A DNA stretch of 64,000 nucleotides from an uncultured Ferruginibacter sp. (GTDB lineage: Bacteria; Bacteroidota; Bacteroidia; Chitinophagales; Chitinophagaceae): contig CAYVLT010000001.1 of NCBI GenBank assembly GCA_964452405.1, forward strand, positions 3,387 to 67,386. Reading direction: 5' to 3'. Both the position numbers and the translations under genes were made by a program. Shown here piece after piece: positions 16,385 to 26,590 of this stretch. The notes below the pieces were generated by a model. It ran no database searches. It was not told the DNA's origin and was given only the letters and a program-made list of their open reading frames with translations. Position 1 is the first letter of the stretch, and each line of letters starts with the position of its first letter.

Positions 16385-18280
16385 ATGCATTACGGCTCCA
16401 TCGAAAATATCAGTAAGTCATTCGGGGTAAGAACACTTTTCAGTAACATCAGCTTTCACATAGAGGAAGGCGATAAGATCGCATTGGTGGCACGAAACGG
16501 ATCAGGTAAATCAACGCTGCTGAAGATCATCGCAGGTCTTGATACGCCTGATACCGGAACGATCTGGATACGAAAGGAAGTAAAAGTGATCATGCTGCTG
16601 CAGGAAACAGCTTTTGATGAGTCTAAAAGTATCTGGGATAACATCCTGCGGCTCGACAATCCTGTGGTGAAAGTGGTGAAGGAATATGAAATGTTTTTAG
16701 AAGCAGGAACAGAAGACGTGGATCACCTCACCGGGCTGATGGGAAGACTGGATGAGCACAATGCATGGAATTTCGAAAATGAATTACAGCAGATACTGGG
16801 TAAGTTAAACCTGCATCACTTAAATGAACCAGTAAAAAACCTGAGCGGCGGCCAGCGCAAACGGGTGGCACTTGCCCAGGCGTTGATTGAAGCGCAGATT
16901 CATGAAGGCAAGTGTTTATTAATACTGGATGAGCCCACCAACCACCTGGACGTGGGTATGATTGAATGGCTGGAAGATTTTTTAGGAGCCCAAAAGATCA
17001 CCCTGTTATTGGTTACCCACGATCGTTATTTCCTGGACGCGGTATGTAACGAGATCATTGAAATAGACGAAGGAAAAGTATATGAATACCGCGGCGATTA
17101 TGATTATTTTCTCGAACAAAAAAGCCTGCGGCAGGAAGTGCAGGCCAGTGAACTGCAGAAAGACAAAAATATTTACCGTAAAGAACTGGAATGGATGCGA
17201 AAGCAACCCAAGGCCAGGACCACCAAATCAAAGTCGAGGCAGGATGCCTTTGCCCAGGTGGAAGAAAGGGTGAGCCAGAAAAAAGAAGAGCTGGAAGTAA
17301 GCCTGCAGGTAAAAATGACCCGCCTCGGTGGCAAGGTACTGGAGATGAAAAAGGTGAACAAAGCTTATGGCGACAAGGTGCTGATAAAGGGCTTTGATTA
17401 TACTTTTAAAAGAGGAGAACGCATTGGCATTGTGGGTAAGAACGGGGCCGGCAAATCCACTTTCTTAAAGATCGCCCTGCAGCAGGAACCGCCAGACAGT
17501 GGCAAGATCAATCATGGCGAAACAGTCGTATTTGGCAATTTCAACCAGGAAGGATTACAATACAAAGAAGACAAAAGAGCCATTGAATATGTGAAGGAGT
17601 TTGCAGAGTTTTTCCCCCTGGCAGATGGGTCCAAAATCAGCGCCAGTCAGTTCATGGAAAAATTCGGGTTCAGTGCCGAACAACAATACACGCCATTGAG
17701 TAAACTGAGTGGCGGTGAAAAAAGAAGACTGCACCTGTTGAGTGTGTTGTTTGTAAATCCTAATTTTTTGATACTGGATGAACCTACCAACGACCTGGAT
17801 CTTCAGACCCTAAGAACACTGGAAGAATTTTTACTCGACTATCCAGGTTGTATCCTGATCGTGAGTCACGACCGTTATTTCATGGACCGGCTCGTTGATC
17901 ACCTGTTTGCTTTTGAAGGAGATGGTATGATCCGTGATTTCCCCGGTAACTATACCCAATACAGGGAGCAATTGAAAAACAATACCCTCACCGGATCATT
18001 TATCCGGAAAAATGACGAGGAGGAAATAAAGGAAACAAAAGTTACCCCACCTAAAACCAACAGCAATCAAAAACTTTCTTTTAAAGAGAAATTTGAACTG
18101 GAAACTCTTGAAAAAGAAATGCCGGCATTGCAACTTGAAAAGGAAAATCTGGAAGCGGCTATGACCAATGGAACTACCGGTTATGATGAGTTGCAAAAAG
18201 CGGCGGCCCGTATTGGGGAGATCATTGAATTGCTGGATGCAAAAGAAATGCGCTGGCTCGAGTTAAGCGAAAAAACCTAA
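16385..18280 (+). CDS. ABC-F family ATP-binding protein (Uup-like)
   Basis: Two ABC domains (ARNGSGKST / GKNGAGKST, LSGGQRKR / LSGGEKRR, LDEPTN), no TM segments, C-terminal coiled coil; start moved to MHYGS, just after TACCTTTG at 16372-79. Confidence 0.92.
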   Translation: MHYGSIENISKSFGVRTLFSNISFHIEEGDKIALVARNGSGKSTLLKIIAGLDTPDTGTIWIRKEVKVIMLLQETAFDESKSIWDNILRLDNPVVKVVKEYEMFLEAGTEDVDHLTGLMGRLDEHNAWNFENELQQILGKLNLHHLNEPVKNLSGGQRKRVALAQALIEAQIHEGKCLLILDEPTNHLDVGMIEWLEDFLGAQKITLLLVTHDRYFLDAVCNEIIEIDEGKVYEYRGDYDYFLEQKSLRQEVQASELQKDKNIYRKELEWMRKQPKARTTKSKSRQDAFAQVEERVSQKKEELEVSLQVKMTRLGGKVLEMKKVNKAYGDKVLIKGFDYTFKRGERIGIVGKNGAGKSTFLKIALQQEPPDSGKINHGETVVFGNFNQEGLQYKEDKRAIEYVKEFAEFFPLADGSKISASQFMEKFGFSAEQQYTPLSKLSGGEKRRLHLLSVLFVNPNFLILDEPTNDLDLQTLRTLEEFLLDYPGCILIVSHDRYFMDRLVDHLFAFEGDGMIRDFPGNYTQYREQLKNNTLTGSFIRKNDEEEIKETKVTPPKTNSNQKLSFKEKFELETLEKEMPALQLEKENLEAAMTNGTTGYDELQKAAARIGEIIELLDAKEMRWLELSEKT

Positions 18281-19437
18281 TCAGTTACAAGCGGCTGAAC
18301 TCCGTTGCCGGTTTCAACAATATAGGCCTCAGCAGTGATCTTGTATTGCTGCTGATAAGCTGCCAGTATATCCTGTATAAATTGGGAGGTGGTTTCTTTT
18401 TTCACCAGGTTTACGGTGCATCCACCAAATCCGCCCCCCATCATTCTCGCCCCGATCACACCATCATAATTAAATGTGTAAGCCGCTAAAAAATCAAGTT
18501 CATCGCAACTTACCCGGTATAGTGTACTCAGTCCTTCATGAGTGGCATTCATTAATTTTCCGAAGGCGATCAATTCATTGTTGGCGAGCAGCTGCACTGC
18601 CTGCCGGGTGCGGGCAATTTCCCCGGTTACATACAAGCAGCAATTATACACGGTTTGGCTCATGAGATTTTTACAGGCTGCCAACTTCTCCTCAATATCT
18701 TCATCCCTGAAAGAGCTTACTCCGGCATGTTGCTTTAAAATTGACAAGCCCTCCTCGCTCCATTGCCTGCGCAGGTTATATTCACCCGACACCAGCTCAT
18801 GATGCACTTTTGAATTGATGAGCACAATATAATATTCCCCTAACTGCAGCGGGTAATATTCATGTTCAACATTTTTGCAATCGAGAAAAAGCACATGATC
18901 TTTTTTGCCATTTAGATTGGCATACTGGTCCATGATGCCGCATTTCATGTTGGGATAATTGTGCTCAGCCCGCTGGCACAGCAAGGCAAGTTCTTTACGG
19001 GATAGTGCCACATTGAAAATATCATTCAGTGCAAAGGCCAGGCCGCCTTCTACCGCAGCAGATGAACTTAAACCGGAACCGATGGGAATATCGCCACTGA
19101 AAACACAGTCGAACCCACTGATATTTTTTTTAAGCAGTAAAAATTCGTTTACCACGCTCAGCACATAGTTCTTCCAACTCTCCGATTCTTTAATATCCTG
19201 CAAGGAAAGGCTGATCTTCTCCTTAAAATCAACAGCAAAAAAATTCACCTCGTTGCTGTTATTGGCGCCCACCGCATAATACACTCCTTTGTTAATGGCT
19301 GCCGGCAATACATAACCGTCATTATAGTCTACGTGTTCGCCGATTAAATTGATGCGGCCGGGAGAAAAATATAAACGGGGTGTATGTTTGTATTCAGTGT
19401 TGAATATTTCTACTACTGTTTTGGCTATCGGATTCAT
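18277..19437 (-). CDS. galK: Galactokinase
   Basis: PGRINLIGEHVDYNDG, IPIGSGLSSSAA, CGIMDQ, GARMMGGGFGG. Confidence 0.95.
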   Translation of the reverse strand: MNPIAKTVVEIFNTEYKHTPRLYFSPGRINLIGEHVDYNDGYVLPAAINKGVYYAVGANNSNEVNFFAVDFKEKISLSLQDIKESESWKNYVLSVVNEFLLLKKNISGFDCVFSGDIPIGSGLSSSAAVEGGLAFALNDIFNVALSRKELALLCQRAEHNYPNMKCGIMDQYANLNGKKDHVLFLDCKNVEHEYYPLQLGEYYIVLINSKVHHELVSGEYNLRRQWSEEGLSILKQHAGVSSFRDEDIEEKLAACKNLMSQTVYNCCLYVTGEIARTRQAVQLLANNELIAFGKLMNATHEGLSTLYRVSCDELDFLAAYTFNYDGVIGARMMGGGFGGCTVNLVKKETTSQFIQDILAAYQQQYKITAEAYIVETGNGVQPLVTD

Positions 19438-19443
19438 AAGGTA

Positions 19444-20391
19444 TCAGGTTGTTGAGATGAGGAAGGAGGTGACAAAATCTGCGCTTGCACCGGGTTGTAA
19501 AATGGTCAATTGAATGCCATTGTTAAAAGCGTCTGGTGGAGCACTTAAATTCTCAATGGCAATACTATTGCGATGAGGAGGCGTGTACAGTTGCAGGTAT
19601 GGATAGCCTTTGCCGGGCCTTACCTGCAGTTGCAACCCGTTTTCTGTGTCAGTCAAAATACAGGGGGCTCCACCAGCGGCGGCATCCAGTAAAAAGCAAT
19701 CATCAAAAAATTGATCCCCTAATATTTTTCCGTCATAATAATCTTTATAAGGCTTCATTTCGCCGGTAGGAATGATCTCCTTATCGCAAACCACCTGCAG
19801 GTCGCTTTTTAACTGCAGGTGCAATTGGTTAATGGAACTGCCCAGGTTAAAATATGGGTGCCAGCCATCATGGATCGGGATGTCTGCCGAATGCCTGTTA
19901 GTCACCTTCGTATGTATCGAAAGTTCATTATGTTCTTTCAGGGTATAAATAACCTCGCAGTCATAACTAAAAGGATAACCGTTTTCTTCCCCCCGGTATT
20001 TGTACAGCAACTGCACATGGGCAGTCCGTTCGCCCGTCGCGGTGGCGGTTACCTGGAAATGTTTGTCGTACAACAGGCCATGAATGGCGTTTTTGCCTAA
20101 TATAAATTTATCAGGCCGGTAGGTTGCGCCATTAAAGGAATAAGTGGAGTCTTTAATCCGGCAGGCAAAGGGGGAAAGCTTGCAGCTTTTAAAGCCTTTG
20201 GATGTGAGGTTTTGCTTAAAGTCAGCAAAATCAGTATAACAATCAATGATATTTTGCCGGTGGCCCTTGCGTAAGATGCTGAAAGATTCAAGAATGCCAC
20301 CATATTGAGGCCATATCGTTGCGCTGGTTTCGGTGGATAGGTCTGTCAGGGTAACCGTCCCGCTTTTTTCATCGGTGTTAACTGTGAACAT
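19444..20391 (-). CDS. galM: Aldose 1-epimerase (mutarotase) family protein
   Basis: NAIHGLL, GWHPYF, FDDCF, YLQLYTP, IAIENLS; co-oriented with galK. Confidence 0.8.
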   Translation of the reverse strand: MFTVNTDEKSGTVTLTDLSTETSATIWPQYGGILESFSILRKGHRQNIIDCYTDFADFKQNLTSKGFKSCKLSPFACRIKDSTYSFNGATYRPDKFILGKNAIHGLLYDKHFQVTATATGERTAHVQLLYKYRGEENGYPFSYDCEVIYTLKEHNELSIHTKVTNRHSADIPIHDGWHPYFNLGSSINQLHLQLKSDLQVVCDKEIIPTGEMKPYKDYYDGKILGDQFFDDCFLLDAAAGGAPCILTDTENGLQLQVRPGKGYPYLQLYTPPHRNSIAIENLSAPPDAFNNGIQLTILQPGASADFVTSFLISTT

Positions 20392-20443
20392 ACAATGGAT
20401 TTATGTGGTGCCTAAGCAAGGCTGTTGATGGAAGAACTACCCG

Positions 20444-20451
20444 CAAAAGTA
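20444..20451 (-). promoter_or_regulatory. -7 box (TACTTTTG) for galM-galK
   Basis: Exact TAnnTTTG on the minus strand, 52 nt upstream of the galM start. Confidence 0.55.
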
Positions 20452-20691
20452 CGTGGATTGGGATTTATTTTCATCGGGATGGTGCTATCGCAAGGATATT
20501 GTTAAAGGCGGGCGGGGAGGCTGTGAAACGGAATAGCATTGTATTTTTCCGTTATTTTGCACAAAATAAAAAAGCCGGGCTAAGCCATCTGGTTCAAAGC
20601 CTGGTAACCGGTTTGTATGGTTTGCCCGGCGTTATATAATCAAAAAATCAATATTGATTTTACGATAGCAAATGGAAATTTTTAAAACAAG

Positions 20692-23139
20692 ATGTTTAAT
20701 CACCAGGTCATGAGGAAAATAGTCAATGTTGTTGTCCTTCTTTACTTTATTTTCTTTCACTCATTGTCGTTGAAAAGCCAGAGTTTATTAGGATCAAAAG
20801 ATTTAGGATCAGTACAGGTTGAAAACTTAACAGACGCCGAAATTGCACAGGTAAAAGCCCAGCTCGAATATAATAATCTTACCATCGACCAGGTGCAGCC
20901 CATGCTGATGGCCAAAGGGATGAGTGCCTCTGAGTTTGCTAAACTAAAAGACCGGCTGTCTCAAACGATTGGTTCAGGCACTACGGTTCCCAATTCCAAT
21001 TCAAAAAATTCAGCCCTTAATCAGGCAGGCCGCACCCAGGACCTCGTTCAAAACAAACATGAAAAAGATACAGCCTACGCAAAAATTTTTGGATCAGAGT
21101 TATTTGATACGCCTGATCTGAATTTTGAACCCAATTTAAAAATGGCCACCCCGTTAAATTATGTGCTTGGTCCGGGCGATGAGTTGCAGGTGAATTTATA
21201 TGGGGTGCAGGAATTTAATTCCACGGCCCAGGTTTCGGAAGAAGGTAAGATCAACCTTCAGCATGTAGGCCAGATACAGGTTGCAGGAATGACCATTGAG
21301 GCAGCCACACAAAAGATCAGGGCTGCCACTTCGAAAATTTATGCATCGCTCAGGTCGGGCCAGTCGAGGTTGAGCATCAGCCTGGGGCATATCAGAACCA
21401 TCCGGGTTACCATTATCGGGGCCAAACAACCCGGTAACTATTCAGTATCCTCGCTCTCCACTGTTTTCAATGCCTTATATCTCGCCGGTGGCCCGGCGCT
21501 CTATGGCAGCTATCGCAATATCCAGTTGGTGAGGGATAATAAAACCATTCATACGGTAGACCTCTATAAATTCATGGTGAATGGAGATCAATCAGAAAAC
21601 ACCGGCTTAAAAGACAATGATGTTATCAGGATACCGGTGTACAGCAACCGTATCAGTATAGAAGGTGAGGTAAAGCGCCCGGGTATTTTTGAAGTGAAGC
21701 CGGGTGAAAGCTTTGCCGATATCCTTGCTTATGCTTCCGGCTTCAGCGATATGGCTTATACTGCCTCTGTGAACGTGGTTCAAAAAACAGAAAAGGAATA
21801 CAAGGTGAAAGACCTGCGTACACAGGAGTTCAGCACCTATCATCCCTTACCCGGCGACCACATCACAGTATCAAAAATCCTTAACCGTTTTGAAAACAGG
21901 GTGCAGGTAAAAGGTGCCGTTTTCCGCCCCAACACTTATTCTTTTGCCGAAGGCATGCGCATCAGCGACCTGCTGGCGAAGGCCGAAGGGTTACGGGAAG
22001 ATGCCTATACCCGCCGCATGATCGTGGTACGCCAGCGGCCAAATCTTACCACTGAAATATTAAATGTAGATGCGGAAAAAGTGCTGGCCGGTGATACGGC
22101 GGCTAATATTTTATTGAAGCGGGAAGACCAGGTAACTGTTTTTTCCATTCTCGAGTTTAAAGAAAAATACACCCTTACCATTAATGGAGAAATAAAAAAT
22201 CCGGGTGTGTATGATTACCATGACAGTCTTACTTTAAACGATTTGTTTTTGCAGGCAGGCGGCCTGCTCAGTTCTGCATCCAATAAGGTGGAGATTGCAA
22301 GAATGATCCGGTCAGAAAATATCAATGCCAATGACACGGCCAAAGCATCGTTGTACAATATCGAGATTGATGCCTCCAACAACGAACAGGCTAAAACCTT
22401 TTACCTGCAGCCTTTTGATGTGATCAATATCCGTAAAATGGCAGTGTATGAAAAGCCGCAGATGATCACCATCAACGGAGCCGTTCCCTATGCCGGGAAA
22501 TATGTGCTTGCCAATAAAAATGAAAAAGTGTACGACCTTATCATGCGGGCTGGCGGCCTCACTTCGGAAGCTGATGCGATGGGCGTAAAGATAAAAAGAC
22601 CTATTCTCGAAAGCCAGATCGAGGCGATAACGGAGGTTAATCTTAATCTTGAGAAAAACGACAGCAGCGAAACCAAGCTTACCAAAAAATTAAAGGAAGA
22701 TGTGAAGTATGCCGTGATACCAATTGAGTGGAATAAAATTGTACAGGACCCTTCCAACTACTCCAACATTACGCTGCTACCTGGCGATGAAATTGAAGTG
22801 GCAAAGAAAAATGAAAATGTAAAGATCACCGGGAACGTATTGTTGACTTCTGAAATTCCGTACATCAAAGGGAAAGGTTTGAATTATTATGTGAGCGCAG
22901 TGGGGGGAATGGATAATAAGGGTTGGAAGAAGAAAGCTTATATCATTTACCCCAATGGAAAGGCTGCCGTTACCAGTAACTTTTTGTTCTTTAAGTTTTT
23001 CCCTAAAGTAACACCGGGTTCCCAGATCGTGATTCCGCAGAAGCCGGTGAACAATAAAGTAACTGCCGGAGAAATCACCAGCATTGCCAGTGTGCTGGTA
23101 GGTATGGCGGGCGTCGTGATAGCGATCATCAGGAAATGA
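20692..23139 (+). CDS. wza: Polysaccharide export protein with multiple SLBB domains (Wza/KpsD-like)
   Basis: YVLGPGDEL Poly_export motif; repeated GEVKRPG / GAVFRP / GEIKNPG SLBB units; PGSQIVIP end. Start may be 20710. Confidence 0.88.
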   Translation: MFNHQVMRKIVNVVVLLYFIFFHSLSLKSQSLLGSKDLGSVQVENLTDAEIAQVKAQLEYNNLTIDQVQPMLMAKGMSASEFAKLKDRLSQTIGSGTTVPNSNSKNSALNQAGRTQDLVQNKHEKDTAYAKIFGSELFDTPDLNFEPNLKMATPLNYVLGPGDELQVNLYGVQEFNSTAQVSEEGKINLQHVGQIQVAGMTIEAATQKIRAATSKIYASLRSGQSRLSISLGHIRTIRVTIIGAKQPGNYSVSSLSTVFNALYLAGGPALYGSYRNIQLVRDNKTIHTVDLYKFMVNGDQSENTGLKDNDVIRIPVYSNRISIEGEVKRPGIFEVKPGESFADILAYASGFSDMAYTASVNVVQKTEKEYKVKDLRTQEFSTYHPLPGDHITVSKILNRFENRVQVKGAVFRPNTYSFAEGMRISDLLAKAEGLREDAYTRRMIVVRQRPNLTTEILNVDAEKVLAGDTAANILLKREDQVTVFSILEFKEKYTLTINGEIKNPGVYDYHDSLTLNDLFLQAGGLLSSASNKVEIARMIRSENINANDTAKASLYNIEIDASNNEQAKTFYLQPFDVINIRKMAVYEKPQMITINGAVPYAGKYVLANKNEKVYDLIMRAGGLTSEADAMGVKIKRPILESQIEAITEVNLNLEKNDSSETKLTKKLKEDVKYAVIPIEWNKIVQDPSNYSNITLLPGDEIEVAKKNENVKITGNVLLTSEIPYIKGKGLNYYVSAVGGMDNKGWKKKAYIIYPNGKAAVTSNFLFFKFFPKVTPGSQIVIPQKPVNNKVTAGEITSIASVLVGMAGVVIAIIRK

Positions 23140-23180
23140 GGTACATAAAATTATTGTTGACAAACACTTTTAATGAATAG

Positions 23181-24275
23181 TTGGTATCAATGGATGAAAC
23201 TTCACACGGTATGAGCGAACAGGTTCCGAATAAAAAATTCACTTTTAAAGATGCTTTTCTCAAAGGGCGTGAATGGTTCAATTACCTGCTTACCAAATGG
23301 GTGATCATCGTGATTGTTGGATTAACGGGCGGCGCCCTTGGTTTTTTTTATGCGTACATGCAAAAGCCCAGTTACAAGGCCACGCTCACTTTTGCCCTCG
23401 AAGATCAATCGCAGGATGGATTAAGCAGTGCATTGAGCCTTGCAAGCCAGTTTGGATTTGACCTTGGCGGCGGCGGTGGCGGAATGTTTGCCAGCGCCAA
23501 CCTGATGGAATTATTTAAATCGAGAACCATCATAGAACAAACCCTGTTGCTGCCGGTAAAAGTGAATAACAATACGATCTCTTACGCAGAGATGTTCATA
23601 CAGGGGCAGGACTGGAGAAAAAAATGGGAAGAAAAGCCAGCCTTGAAAGGCATACAGTTTTTACCCAATGCAGACCGCACAAATTTTACCCGGGTGCAGG
23701 ACAGTGTGATGGGCGTGATCTACGACCTGCTGCTGAAGCGTGACCTGAGCGTGATTCAAAAAGACAAAAAGATCGATATCATCACCATCGAACTGCAATC
23801 GGGCAACGAAGATTTTGCAAAAAACTTTACAGAAGCCTTGGCCACCCAGGTTTCAAGTTTCTACATCTCCACCAAAAACAAAAAGGCCCGGCAGAATATG
23901 GAGATCATACAGGGACAAACGGATTCTATCAGGGGATTGTTGAACGGGGCTATCACGGATGTAGCGGTTGCCAACGACAATACCTTTGGATTAAACCCTG
24001 CCCTGAATGTACAGCGCACTCCCGCCACCAAGCGGCAGATAGATGTTCAATACAATGCCGCCATACTCGCCGAACTGATCAAGCAAACAGAACTGGCTAA
24101 AGTGGCGTTGCGTAAAGAAACGCCGCTGATACAGGTAATCGACAGGCCGATCCTCCCTCTCAAAAAAGAAAAGCTGGGCAAACTGGTTGGCCTGGTGGTG
24201 GGTGGCATCCTGGGTGGGTTACTGATTGTTTCCCTGCTGGTGGCCAGGCGCCTTTACAAAGAGTGGATGGCTTAA
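23181..24275 (+). CDS. wzz: Wzz-like chain-length determinant / polysaccharide co-polymerase
   Basis: Two terminal TM helices, central coiled coil, PLIQVIDRPILP; no tyrosine-kinase domain. Confidence 0.82.
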   Translation: MVSMDETSHGMSEQVPNKKFTFKDAFLKGREWFNYLLTKWVIIVIVGLTGGALGFFYAYMQKPSYKATLTFALEDQSQDGLSSALSLASQFGFDLGGGGGGMFASANLMELFKSRTIIEQTLLLPVKVNNNTISYAEMFIQGQDWRKKWEEKPALKGIQFLPNADRTNFTRVQDSVMGVIYDLLLKRDLSVIQKDKKIDIITIELQSGNEDFAKNFTEALATQVSSFYISTKNKKARQNMEIIQGQTDSIRGLLNGAITDVAVANDNTFGLNPALNVQRTPATKRQIDVQYNAAILAELIKQTELAKVALRKETPLIQVIDRPILPLKKEKLGKLVGLVVGGILGGLLIVSLLVARRLYKEWMA

Positions 24276-24400
24276 ACAACCGGTTGCCGGAGATCGTTCC
24301 GTTATTTTTAGCAACAGGCCGGATGGATTATTGAACCGGCAGAACCGGTTGAAATAAAACAGCCGGAAGATTTACTAATAAGAAAAATATTTTTTAATAG

Positions 24401-25153
24401 ATGCTTACTTCAATCGCTAAAAAATTTTTAAAGAACAATGCCATGGCGGGTACAACCAATCTTTCCGCAAGGTTGACCTGGCTGGAAGCAGCCCTGAAAA
24501 AAATTCCTGCAGGCAGTCGCATACTGGACGCAGGTGCCGGCGAACTCGATCAGAAAAAATATTGCGGTCACCTGGATTATGTGTCGCAGGATTTTGCGCA
24601 ATACGATGGAAAGGGTGATGGCAAAGGGTTACAAACAAAATCATGGGATAATTCAAAGCTGGATATTGTAAGTGATATTACTGATATACCGGAGCCGGCA
24701 GCATCATTTGATGCGATCATGTGCATAGAAGTGTTTGAACATATTCCTGATCCGATAGCAGCCATCAAAGAATTTTCACGCTTGCTGCGACCCGGTGGGT
24801 ACCTGGTGATCACGGCACCATTCTGCAGCTCCACTCACTTTGCACCCTATCATTTTTACACCGGCTTCAACAGGTATTTTTACGAAAAGCACCTGGGTGA
24901 AAACGGTTTTGAAATTACAGAGCTTACAGAAAACGGCAATTTCTTTGAATTTGTGGCGCAGGAGTTACTGCGGGTACAATCCTGTGCTGAAAGGTATGCC
25001 GGCACAAAAATTTCCATGGTCGATAAAATGGCCATCATGAAATCGGTACTGATGCTGAACAAGCTGTCGAAAAAAGACAAGGGATCGAAAGAGTTTTTAA
25101 ACTACGGGTTACACGTGTTTGCAAGAAAGTTACCCATTACGCCTGGCACCTGA
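24401..25153 (+). CDS. Class I SAM-dependent methyltransferase
   Basis: ILDAGAGE motif I; FDAIMCIEVFEH; LLRPGGYLVITAP. Confidence 0.9.
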   Translation: MLTSIAKKFLKNNAMAGTTNLSARLTWLEAALKKIPAGSRILDAGAGELDQKKYCGHLDYVSQDFAQYDGKGDGKGLQTKSWDNSKLDIVSDITDIPEPAASFDAIMCIEVFEHIPDPIAAIKEFSRLLRPGGYLVITAPFCSSTHFAPYHFYTGFNRYFYEKHLGENGFEITELTENGNFFEFVAQELLRVQSCAERYAGTKISMVDKMAIMKSVLMLNKLSKKDKGSKEFLNYGLHVFARKLPITPGT

Positions 25154-25180
25154 ACCGAATAGTTTACCGAACTCCTGATC

Positions 25181-26572
25181 ATGCGAATCAATAAAACAGA
25201 TGTCATCTGGAATTATGCCGCAACAATTTTAAGAGTTGCTTCTTACGCATTTCTCCTGCCGTTTATTTTACGAACCATGTCTTCGGAAATGGTGGCGGTA
25301 TGGTCTGTTTTTATGGCCATCACAGCTTTTGCGGCCTTGCTCGACCTGGGTTTTAGTCCCTCATTCACGCGTAACGTCACTTACATATTCAGTGGTATTA
25401 AAACACTAAAAGTAAAAGGCTTTCATGCTGAAAGTGCCACCGATACCAGTGTTGATTATGGCTTGTTGAAAGGTATCATCGTTGCCATGCAATGGTTTTA
25501 TCTCCGCATGGCTGTAATACTTTTTGCGTTGCTCTCCACCATCGGTACTTTTTACATCTACACCATTTTAAAATCGTATAAGGGCGAGCAGACAGAGATT
25601 TACGTAGCATGGATTGTATTGTGTATCATCTCCACCTACAATATTTATACGCAATATCTTGATTGCCTGCTGCAGGGAAAAGGTCTCGTGAAACGGTCCA
25701 AGCAGATCGTCATTATCGGGCAATCCATTTACCTCGTGATTGCGGCTGTTTTTATCATTGCCCGTTTTGGAATACTGGCCATCGTATCAGCACAGGCGGT
25801 GTCGGTGATCGTGATCCGCTGGTTGATCCACCGTTCTTTTTTTACCGGGGAGATAAAACAAAACCTGCAGGCTGCAACACCACGATCCCGCAAAGAAGTG
25901 ATGGCGGCCATTTATCCCAACGCAGTAAAGATCGGGCTTACCTGGATCGGCGCTTTTGTGATACAACGATCTTCTATTCTCATTGGATCATTGTCGCTGC
26001 CGCTGGATGACATCGCATCTTACGGCATATCGATTCAACTGGTGTCAATGATCGCTAATTTTTCTTCTATCTACACCTTAACCTACACGCCTAAAATTGT
26101 ACAGTTGCGGGTGGCTCAAAATATGGAAGCTATAAAAGACGTGTACCTGAAAGGACAGATCATGATCCTGCTTACTTACCTGGCAGGCGGTATGGTGCTG
26201 TTGTTGTTGGGGAAATGGGGCTTGAACCTGATCGGGAGTAAAACACAGATCATGCCGCAGGTACTGATACTGGTGGCCATCATCATTTCATTTCTCGAAA
26301 GCAATCATGGAGTTGCCGCAGGCGTGCTGCTCACGAATAACGAAGTGCCGTTTTTTAAAGCCTCATTGATATCGGCAGCCGTTACCATTATTTTATTGAT
26401 CACGATGTTGTACTTTGCCCACCTCGGCTTGTGGGCGATGGTGCTTGCTCCGGGTATTGCCCAGTTGTATAATAACTGGCGCTGGCCTTACGAAATTTAC
26501 CGCCAGTTGCAGATTTCAAAACAGGATATTGTGAGAGTGATCAAACACAAAGCCGTCTTTAAAAATAGTTGA
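25181..26572 (+). CDS. wzx: Wzx-type O-unit flippase
   Basis: About 12 hydrophobic segments; LLDLGFSPSFTRNV motif near the N-terminus; position in the locus. Confidence 0.82.
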   Translation: MRINKTDVIWNYAATILRVASYAFLLPFILRTMSSEMVAVWSVFMAITAFAALLDLGFSPSFTRNVTYIFSGIKTLKVKGFHAESATDTSVDYGLLKGIIVAMQWFYLRMAVILFALLSTIGTFYIYTILKSYKGEQTEIYVAWIVLCIISTYNIYTQYLDCLLQGKGLVKRSKQIVIIGQSIYLVIAAVFIIARFGILAIVSAQAVSVIVIRWLIHRSFFTGEIKQNLQAATPRSRKEVMAAIYPNAVKIGLTWIGAFVIQRSSILIGSLSLPLDDIASYGISIQLVSMIANFSSIYTLTYTPKIVQLRVAQNMEAIKDVYLKGQIMILLTYLAGGMVLLLLGKWGLNLIGSKTQIMPQVLILVAIIISFLESNHGVAAGVLLTNNEVPFFKASLISAAVTIILLITMLYFAHLGLWAMVLAPGIAQLYNNWRWPYEIYRQLQISKQDIVRVIKHKAVFKNS

Positions 26573-26590
26573 TCAAAGAATCCAGGCAGT

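Noticed and set aside
18277-18280. Convergent 4-nt overlap of ABC-F and galK (and the 2-nt gap at 47318-19)
   Set aside because: Ordinary compact gene packing; no further signal.
20392-20691. ops/JUMPStart antitermination element
   Set aside because: Only GGCGGGCGG is present, not GGCGGTAG, and no UpxY/RfaH gene is in the window.
23465-23485. GGC trinucleotide run as a phase-variable repeat
   Set aside because: In-frame Gly linker within wzz; slippage would not shift the frame.
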